Assembly: GCA_050084515.1 (NCBI GenBank)
Contig: CM114271.1
Span: 49,538,001 to 49,602,000 of the forward strand
Source: Blasia pusilla
Taxonomy: Eukaryota
DNA: 64,000 nt
Direction: 5' to 3'
The number at the start of each line of letters is the position of its first letter. The first letter of the stretch is position 1. Below, in pieces: positions 29,397 to 38,376 of the stretch. Under the pieces are notes generated by a model that searched no databases, was not told where the DNA came from, and saw nothing but the letters and a program-made list of their open reading frames with translations. Position numbers and translations under genes: made by a program.

Positions 29397-29462
29397 GCTG
29401 GCAGTTGGATCCCCCCAACTCCAGATAGAAAATATCACATCTCTCTGACATGATCTACTACC

Positions 29463-30776
29463 CTAGACACATCTCTGACACATCCATCGTCCCATGGGAA
29501 CCACATCAAGAGGGGGGGTCAGACATGACATATGCCACCCTCGAGAACAACCATCACATACCAACATGGTGGCTGCACCCCTCACAAATCCGCACAACAT
29601 ACACCTCAAGCCTGCAGGTACCATTGCCAAGCTTGGATCCACCGTCCCATCTACGTTTGGAAGATGACATGACGCACAATTGCGCACATGATCCTTCCAA
29701 ACCATACCATCCCGTCCCTCCAACATGAGGACTCCGGTCGGTAATACCTCGCGCACACGTAGGATTGTGCACCCTATAGTGACATCTAGCGTCGTGGGTG
29801 CCACCTGCTGTAAATACACGTAATCTCCAGGATGAAACCTCATAATCCTTGGACGATAACCTCCTCCATGAATGGTCACGTACCTCAATGTATCTCTATG
29901 TTGGGCAATAGCTAAGTTCTCAAAGGCCATAGGCATAACTCTACGAAAAACTTATGCCCTCTAAGAACATGCTTGTACCCACACATCTGGATCATCAAGA
30001 TCTAACACCTCCGCCAAGTCATGTCGAATCGCTGCAGGTAAATCTGGCTCTCTCCCAAAGAGCAAAAAGTACGGTAAAAATGACGCCAAGGATGCATGCC
30101 GACTAAAGCAATAACCCATAGCCAACCATGGCAACTGTAGGTCCCACTCCCTCAACTGTCCCCACTGCAAGCCATACTTGCGCAATCCTCTCTTCACCGT
30201 TTGTACCACTCTCTCCGCCAACCCATCCGCCTCACGATGATCTCTGGACGTGGTGCGGTGATCTATCAATGCCTGATCACACAAGGCCTGAAACTCTCCC
30301 CTGAACTCGGTACCATGGTCAGTCAACACCTCCGCCCGTGCACCAAAGTGACTAAGCACACGATCTAGAAACGCATAAGCTTTTCTCTCGCTCGCCTTGT
30401 CTGGTATTGCCACAAACTCTATCCACTTGGAGAAATGTTCCACCATGACCAACACGTACCTATGATGACGTCCCGTCAATGGCAAAGGTCCCGCAAAGTC
30501 TAAACTCAACCGATAACCTAAACCCATAATCGGCAAAGGATGTAACTGCGGAGTGGGAGCATTGAAGGATGCTCACACTCTGTCACATACCATACATCTG
30601 GCCACAAACTCTTGTACCCCAGTATGCATGCCGCGCCACCAATACTGAACCTGGAGTAAGCTGTAAGTATGCTTTACTCCGAAATGTCCCAACTCCTCAT
30701 GGGCATGTCGCAGTACACGTGCTCGCTGGGAAGGATGAGGTACCATTCGTATCCTACCATCTCCCCATACCCGCAA
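29463..30776 (-). pseudogene. DDE integrase (HHCC, core) with C-terminal PHD finger
   Basis: HAHEELGHFG...CMVC; SLDF, LTDHG, LAER catalytic triad; terminal CMLC-x11-CDGC-x4-HMSC-x14-CQRC (C4HC3). Confidence 0.93.
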
Positions 30777-30821
30777 AATGTGAGTCCCCTCCCACCTGAA
30801 CCTAGGATCCGATCCCGCTCC

Positions 30822-32539
30822 CTAGCACTCAATGTACTCGCCAATGCGCAAGAACTCCACAACCTCCACGTCGTCATGGATATCACGACCACCTGCCGCC
30901 TCCTCACTAACCTCCGGATCTAAAGACTCATTATCCAACCCCACCACTGGAGTCATCACCTGTGGTTGACCTGCCATAGTCAACCAACAAAGATAGGCAG
31001 ATGCATGCCAACTGGGCACCATCTCCTCATCACTCTCTCCGTGCCATCGAGCTCTTGTGTCGTCTCTCTGACTCGGACATGGGTTACGACTCAACCCATC
31101 CGCATCCTGGTTCAGCCGACCTGGCCTATGAACCACCTCAAACTCATACTCTTGTAGTAATAGAGCCCACTTGGCAAGCTTTTCCGTAAGCTTTTCGGAC
31201 TCCATCAACCACCTCAATGGCTGATGATCAGTGATAAGTGTGAAAGGGTTGCCAAATAAATAGCACGTGAAATGTGCCACGGCCCACACTGCAGCCAAGC
31301 ACTCTCCCTCATAGGAGCTGTACTTTGCCTCTGCAATGTTGTTTGATCGACTCGCGTAAGCCACAACGAACTCCCTCTCCTCGTCATCCCTCTGAGTAAG
31401 CACTGCTCCTAGACCCAACATGCTCCAATCCGTATGTAACTGGAATGGGCGACCCCTAACCGGTCTCTGTAAAATGGGTGAGGACGTCAACCTGTCCTTG
31501 AGCTCATGAAATGCTCGCTCCTGATCATCTCCCCACAACCACACCTGATCAAGTCTCGTCAACAAGGTCAAAGACTTTGCGATCGCACTAAAACCCTTCA
31601 CATACCGTCGATAGAAGTTCGCCAGTCCAAGAAATGCTCGGACTCGACTCACATCCAGTAGGGCGTGGAATCGCAATAGCCTCTACCTCCAAATGCTGAA
31701 CGCCTAACCCACTCGGGTATATGGTGTGTCCCAAGTACTCAATATGCTCTTGAAAGAATGCACTTGCTGGATGTAACTTCAGTCCATGTAATCGAAATCG
31801 CTGAAACACCTCCTCCAAGTGTCGCTCATGCTCCTCAACCGTGGAATCAAGATAAGAATATCATCTATGTAACATCATTACAAAAATCCAAGCCAGCCGT
31901 AATCCTATCCATCACTCTCTGAAACTCTGCAGGTGCGTTCTTCAACCCAAATGGTAAGAACCGCCACTGATACAAGCAATCTCTCCCGAACCGATCTATC
32001 CCCCAGAATGTTGTCTTCTCCATGTCCTCCAACCTGATAGGAAGCTGATGATAGCCGGCACGGAGATCTAAAGTACTGAAGATCTTTGCATGCCCTACCG
32101 CATCAAATATCTCCTCACGAGTAGGCATGGCGTACCGATCTAACCTCGTCTGTCAGTTGATAGGACGGTAATCTCCACACATCCGCCTATCCGTCCAATT
32201 GCCATACATATCCTTCTTCGTCGGCATGACTGTGGCAGATGCATACTCCCCATGTGATAACTCCACAAGTCCTGCCTCCAACAAGTCCTGACTCCTGCTC
32301 TCAATCAAGGCTCGCTCCATATCAGAATACCTGTAGGGTCGACGAAAGATGGGCGTATCACTAGCCAACTCAATCCGTATCCTGGGACCCTTCAGCGTAC
32401 CCAAGTCTCTCATACTGAAGGCAAAACAACTGACATGCCTTCTCAGAAACCTATGAACTCGCCGTCGCTCTCCTCCTATCAACTTGAGACCTATCACAGG
32501 CTCCCAAGTCTCCATCGTGACCTTACTCGGAGAGGACAC
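30822..32539 (-). pseudogene. Reverse transcriptase and RNase H (frameshifted)
   Basis: RRPYRYS, RMCGDYRPIN, FSTLDLRAGYHQ, LPFGLKNAP, CYIDDI (shifted frame); RNase H LHTDWSMLGLGAVL, YSSYEGECLA, ITDHQPL. Confidence 0.95.
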
Positions 32540-32829
32540 AACCTCCGGCTTTGGTTGCTATGTAGCAACCCTAGCCACCTCCGCAACAACCACTCCACTT
32601 TGACCTCCTACACCATGCTCCACTTCCGAAAAATGAACATGTGCTACTCTAGCCGCCTTTGCACTCTCTGCTTGAATGACGTCCCAGGAAGTCCATGGGT
32701 GCCTATCTCTCCTCGTCTCGTCCCCAACCAATGCCTATACAGACCCTGTAGGCAATGGTCCAACTCGTGGACGTGACGGCATGGATGACACTCGCATCCG
32801 TCTTTGCTCAGCCATACCTAGGATGACTA

Positions 32830-33832
32830 TCCATGTGACAGTTGAGGTCCATTGCCTGCCCCAACACCTGTCTCCGGGATGCCTCAGTCATCCCTGGTAC
32901 CGCCGTAGTACCGGTAGTGAACCCCATGGCGCGTTCGCGCTCATCTGTTGTAGGCTCCTCCAATGCTCTGGTCACCTCATCCCAAATCATGCTTGGCCCT
33001 CCCTGACGAAAGGCATGGGATGCTGGGAAGCTGGGAAGCTCACCAACGTAGGTAAGGCTGCCCTCAACTCCCCCACCCTAATGGCCATGGCCAACGGTGG
33101 TCTATCATCCCGTGTCACCACCTAAGATTGACACCCTGAGCCCAAAATAGCATCCACTGTGAGATGTGGTGCTCTTTGGGCCCCACCGTATGCTCGACTC
33201 AGTACCTTTGATGGTATCAGGTTCGTCCACCACAGTCGTTGACGATGGGCATGTGACCCAACTCTCGCTGCATCTAACAACACATGAGGTCCCAACCAGG
33301 ACTTCACCTGATGTACACTCGTCATCACACGTGCACGAGTGTCTCCCAACAATGGCACGTTCTCCAAAATGTACGATGGAGAACATATCTGACTCTCCTG
33401 CAAGTGTCGTACTACTTGCAGCATCTCCCAAAACATCCCTGAACTCGGATCCTGCAATTCAAATACTCGTCCAACTGATGAATGACCCTGAAATGGCCAT
33501 CCAAAAATCACCAAATGAATGGTGCCAACTTTATCCAGATCCTGCGCCCCCACCAAAGAGATGTCGGCAGGTAGCGTATGCTGATATCCCCGTACTGCAG
33601 ATACCGGCAACAACTCATGATACCTCTGGACCAATCTCGCCACGTGACGTAATGATACTCGCCGTGCGGTCTCATCTCTCTCCACATAAAGATACCGATG
33701 CACCCGTATGCCCGCCTGCAATAGTGCAGCCAATCCGGTGCTAATCCCTCGGAAGAGATCTAACACCCTTACACCCTCCTCTCGGCACTGCCACACAACG
33801 GGTGTGGTATTCAATGGGGTCAACGTCTCCAC
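32830..33832 (-). pseudogene. DNMT3-like C5 cytosine DNA methyltransferase domain within pol
   Basis: Motif I RVLDLFRGISTG, II YLYVE, IV LVIFGWPFQ (PCQ with Cys to Phe), VI ILENV, VIII HAHRQRLWWTNL, IX ERERAMGF, X RRQVLGQAMD. Broken by TAG at 33122-33124 and an 8-bp duplication (GCTGGGAA x2, 33022-33037). Confidence 0.93.
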
Positions 33833-33991
33833 TCCAAGAGTCCGATTGCCACGTGACTCTCGCTGCTATGGGATAAAAACATGACTCCATGCCTGCCTCA
33901 CGAGGTCGTCGGCACTCCTCTGTAGCTCTCAAGTCGTACCCCACAATGGTGAAGAGGCCTCGCCAACATGGGAAGAGACACCCGCCATGGC

Positions 33992-34737
33992 CTATCTCTC
34001 CGTGGGACTATCCGCTACTGGGACATCCTCCGCATGTGCCTTCCCCGCCAACAACTCTCCTAGCCAGCTAACACTACATGTGAAAGCTGCCAACGTGGTC
34101 ACAGACTCGCCTCGTGATCGACCACCTTGTCCCGCAAACTGCACGGGTAATTGACTCATCCGGCCGTCACCTGACCGCCATCCTGGCTGATAAGCAACGG
34201 TCTTCTCCCAGAAGTCTAGGATGAATCCTAGGGGATATAACACTGTACTCCCCACCAACACATCGTACGACTCAACTGGTGTCGTAATCGCGCGCAGCGC
34301 ACCATAGCACTATCTATCCGTCGATGCTCTAGCCTGGACTCGACAACAATCTCTTGTCGAGTCATATATTGAGTGGGTGACACCCCCCCAATCGAGGTCT
34401 GTATCTGGAAGGGACAAGGCTCAATGTCGGCCTTCCGTAACCCCAACGCTAAACACGCCGCCTTCCCTAACATCAAGGGTTGCGCTCCCGAATCAAGTAG
34501 GACGCGCTGCGGGTGGTATACTGTCCTCATCGGACTAACCAAGAAAAATACTCCATCTCGGTTATCCAGTAACACTACTCCAGGTGTCACCACTGCTCGC
34601 TCTATGGCCGGTCGAGCTGGCATAACTACTAACTTTGCCGCCGCCTCATGCCATGATTGTGTGGGGAACGTCTCGATTACCGACTCTGAGGGTAAGTCCA
34701 CCACCTCCTCAACTACATATGAACAAGAAGCAGTCAT
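33992..34737 (-). pseudogene. Aspartic protease region
   Basis: VLLDSGAQ active-site motif; C-terminal DVLVGSTVLYPLGFILDFW after a frameshift. Confidence 0.88.
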
Positions 34738-34899
34738 CTCTCAACGCTCACACAATGTGGCGGCTAACCGGAACACCTCAGCTGGTCCAACTCCCAACGT
34801 CGCCAACTCTATGGCGGAAAATAGTGGAGTCTGACTCACTCTGGTGGCCACCTCCAACACTATGGTCGACACTGACTCCACTCGAGCCAGCATAGGAGT

Positions 34900-36626
34900 T
34901 GTCACTCCAACTCCTCGTGATGTCGACGTAGGTGCCTGAGCTGAGGCACCGCTGGTCGTCGAGGAACCATCGATGGTGTGTGTAGTGCCTCCGACAATGT
35001 GAACGACTGTGGAACCCTGGCCTGCCGCCCATCGGTCCCCTCTGGTGGGTCAATCTCAACTCCACCTCTCGATGGCTCGGTGCCTCTCGCAGCACCCCGA
35101 GTCACCATTGCAGCTGCCTCAACCTGGGCTGCACTACACATAAATCCCATACTAGCGAGATCCTCACCCTGGTCAGGGTAAGAGGTAGAAGTTGGAGTCA
35201 CACTAGCTGCTCGCAGCTCCGTGCCTTCCCTAAGCTGCATCATCGACATGGCAGCAATCCTCTGCTCCAACGGATCGATGCGTGAAAGGAGTGCTAGCTC
35301 TGGTGCTCCTGCTCCATCTCCTCTGGCTGGTGGTGGTCCTCTACCACCACGTCTAGGAAGAACTCCCCGACCTCCTCCAAGACGACCGCCCCCAGGCCCT
35401 CGGCCTACCTCTGGACGTGCCCCTCGGCGAAGGTCAAAACATCTATCCCTAGTGTGACCATATCGGTGGCAATGGTCACACTAGTGCTGTGGTGGGCCAT
35501 CCTCTTTGGTCATGAGCAATCGGAGGCGTTGGTGGTCCTCTCCCATGTTGTGGGCAGTTTCTCTGCCTATGGGCCCCTCCACACATCCAACAAGACCACA
35601 TCGGTCCCTGTTGGGCAACATATGTAGGTACGGGTCGTTGCCTCATAGGCTCACGGTACCCGCCCTGCTCTCTAGGCACACTAGCCCGCTCTTGTGGTAC
35701 TGGTGCTTGTTGTGGCACCTGTGGGGTCATCGTCGCTCGTGGACCCGTCGACTCTCGAGAAAATCCAGCGGGCACTACCTGCTCCTCACTCATGTTGAGC
35801 TCAATACGCTCAGACAACTCAAAGACCACCTTCAATGTAGGCTTCGCTGTGTGAATCAACACCGCATCTCGGACTCTCCTCCGTAGTTCTCAGTCCATAA
35901 TCTCGTACCAATACTAGATTGACTATGCCTCAGTCACTCCAAACGTAGCAATGATCAACCTCCTCATGCGTGTGAATGCCTCTCTCAGACTCTCACCCGA
36001 TTGTTGCTAAAAATCCTGTAGACTCTTCACTTTTTTGTGCACGCATGGGAGCTCTTCCCCAACCGCCGAAGAACTCCTTTGTGGGGCTGGTGGGTGGCCC
36101 TCTACCGAGAGGTCTCGCCACATCGCTTTGTCTCTCACCGCCCTCCTCTCCATCTAGTCTCCGGGCTGATGGTGTGGGTCTCTCTCCTTCCACAATCCCA
36201 TCATATGCCTCGCGACCACTAGTGGACACATACCCTGTAGCCCAATACATCCCTCCAGGCATCGATCTCTACTGAATATAGTGATCAAAACTCCATGTAG
36301 TCATCCATCGCAGGACCCTCCAAGTGCTGGAACAACCCCTTCCATGCCATGAAAGGGTTGAACCGTGTCGGGGTCTGTATCTCTTGGAAGTCGCACCATG
36401 TGTCGAACTCTTGGATAAAATCATCTAAGTCAATGGTGCCCACTGCACCCGAGAAACGACGCATGCCCCGATGGCCCATGTCGCTCATCTCCTGCCAAGT
36501 ACTACGATCTCTGTCTGCGATCTCATCACCAGACCCAGTGTCCAGTGATGACGATCCAGCCACGGATGGATGTCGAGGTAGCTCCTCACTGGTAACCCCT
36601 CGATATCTCACTCCACTCCGTGTCAC
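34900..36626 (-). pseudogene. gag with two zinc knuckles
   Basis: FSGAVGTIDLDDFIQEFDTW...HLEGPA retrotransposon gag; CWMCGGAHRQRNC and CDHCHRYGHTRDRC knuckles; RGG-rich tract. True start may lie further upstream. Confidence 0.85.
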
Positions 36627-37882
36627 ACCACTACTACTGCTCGCACTACCCCGTTCTTCCGAACCCTGGAAGAATGCAGTGATGACAAACCCTATCTCAC
36701 CCGCTCAAGCACTCAGACTCACCGCGAGTCTCCCATACTCCTCACTAGCTTACCTATGCTAACATCAATCTCGTGATGTCATACCCGGCCTCACGCACAC
36801 TCAACACTCGGGCTCACCATGAGCCTCCCAATTGACTCACCTAACCTAGCGATACTCTCTCGGGTCATACACGCGACCCCTACTCGGCAACCGCCGTATA
36901 TCCGCCAACATGCTACACATGAACATAATCTACACTCGTCATCATCACTGCACCCACCTAGCACCAGCAACTACCCGATACCCAACACTCTCAATCACAC
37001 ACGACAAGTGCCGGAAAAGGGACTCGAATGGGTAACCTGATCAGACCCTCCAACTTGCTGCACCATCAACATGCACTCCTCCACGTGATATGACAATCTC
37101 CGCAACACAACACTCTCCTTGACCAACACGTCGATCCTCCCGTCAATAGATGCGGACAACCCGTCGGCATCATGCGCACTGCCCCTCCATCGTCAACTCT
37201 CGCAACGCCCTGTCGCGCCCCAAAAACATCATGTCACGCAAACATCTCCGTCCATCCCCACACGCGGCATGTAACCTGACTCACCGTGGTCTGGCTCCAC
37301 TCCAACCACGTATACCTTGTCCAACCACGTGAACATGACCCCGACCACATCCAGATTGTCAACGATGTCTGCCCGACTGACCACGTCTGTCCATGCCCTA
37401 CCACGTTCGCCGGACCGACCTCGTCCGTCCTACCACATTGGAGGGGGGGTAATCTGGCCCGCGGCCCTATGCGGCCCCTTGGGCCCTAAATGCCGGGAGG
37501 GGGCCTCCCCAACTTTTGGGGAGGGTGCAATAAATTGGGGGGGTGCACGCCATCGCGGCCCGCTGTCCGCTCGTCCGCCCGTCCGCGCCCGCCGACCTAA
37601 ACACCCATCAGCGCCCCCAGTGGCTACAAGCCGTAACTCTCTTTTCTTCTCTCTCTAGACACCCTCACTCGCGTACACCCGACGCCCACTCCGTACTACA
37701 CTCTACCGCTGTCCCCAATCCTTGTGCACCAACAAAATCTGAGAAAAACGGATAGCGCTTCTGCCCACGGCCTTCCAAACAGAAAAATGACAAACACCCA
37801 CAACACACGCGTCTCCAAGGGCTCTCCACCAAGGCAACTGGCCTGCCTACCTGCAAACAAGGAATTCCCACCATCCCCCTGA

Positions 37883-37893
37883 CATCTTTCTCA
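37883..37893 (-). promoter_or_regulatory. Putative self-priming primer-binding site (11 nt)
   Basis: TGAGAAAGATG directly follows the ...TTTTACA end of A1 and is the exact complement of 38071-38061, which lies 31 nt downstream of TATATAA. Confidence 0.75.
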
Positions 37894-38376
37894 TGTAAAA
37901 ATAAAGAGTAGTAAAAATGGCACACCCGGCCTAAAACTCCACTCCTCAATCTACATCGGCATATCGAGCCTCGTCCACCTTGTGCTATCAAGGAATCCGG
38001 ACCCTAGCACCCTAGTCCTATCTCACACACATACAAGGGAGGTGCTCCATCAGCCCAACATGAGAAAGATGGCTTGGGAAAGCCATCTTCCTCTCTTATA
38101 TAGGGTTGGGAAGAGCCAAAAGGTTCTTCCCCTAAAAATAGCCCTCCCCTTGGTAACCTGCGCGCATAGGTTACCAGGGGCGGGTGACCTCGTCAACAAG
38201 TCACCCGGCCGTAAAAGACGTCAACATGAAAGTTGTCAAAAATGACGTTCTTGACACAATAGACCTATCCTCAACCTCATCTGACATCGTGGGACAAAGT
38301 TACACTCAAGATAGTCCGTTGGCTCCTACGCCCTATCCACGATAGATCTCGGCCTATCGGCCACTCAAATGTGACA
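37894..38376 (-). repeat. 5' terminal repeat segment A1 (TG...CA, 483 bp)
   Basis: Direct repeat of A2 with TGTCACA...TTTTACA termini. Not preceded or followed by a B copy. Confidence 0.95.
38096..38102 (-). promoter_or_regulatory. TATA box of the retrotransposon promoter
   Basis: CCCTATATAAGAG on the - strand in A1; CCCTGCATAAGAG at the same position in A2. Confidence 0.7.

Larger units (their letters stand above)
28636..38376 (-). mobile_element. Full-length Ty3/Gypsy retrotransposon encoding gag-PR-C5 DNA methyltransferase-RT-RNaseH-IN-PHD, with split (A-int-B-A-B) terminal repeats
   Basis: Starts TGTCACA at 38376 and ends GCACGATA at 28636 (GCACGACA in relatives). AACA flanks both ends (28632-28635, 38377-38380). 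Gypsy domain order PR-RT-RH-IN. Confidence 0.95.

Noticed and set aside
33122-33832. Bacterial restriction-modification gene or contamination
   Set aside because: It is embedded in frame in a retrotransposon pol within spliced-gene plant DNA, with no cognate endonuclease.
28636-38376. Classification as a DIRS/Ngaro tyrosine-recombinase element because of the split repeats and a methyltransferase
   Set aside because: No tyrosine-recombinase motifs were found. It has an aspartic protease, a DDE integrase, Gypsy domain order and a TSD. The MTase is C5-type, not the DAM-like type of DIRS.
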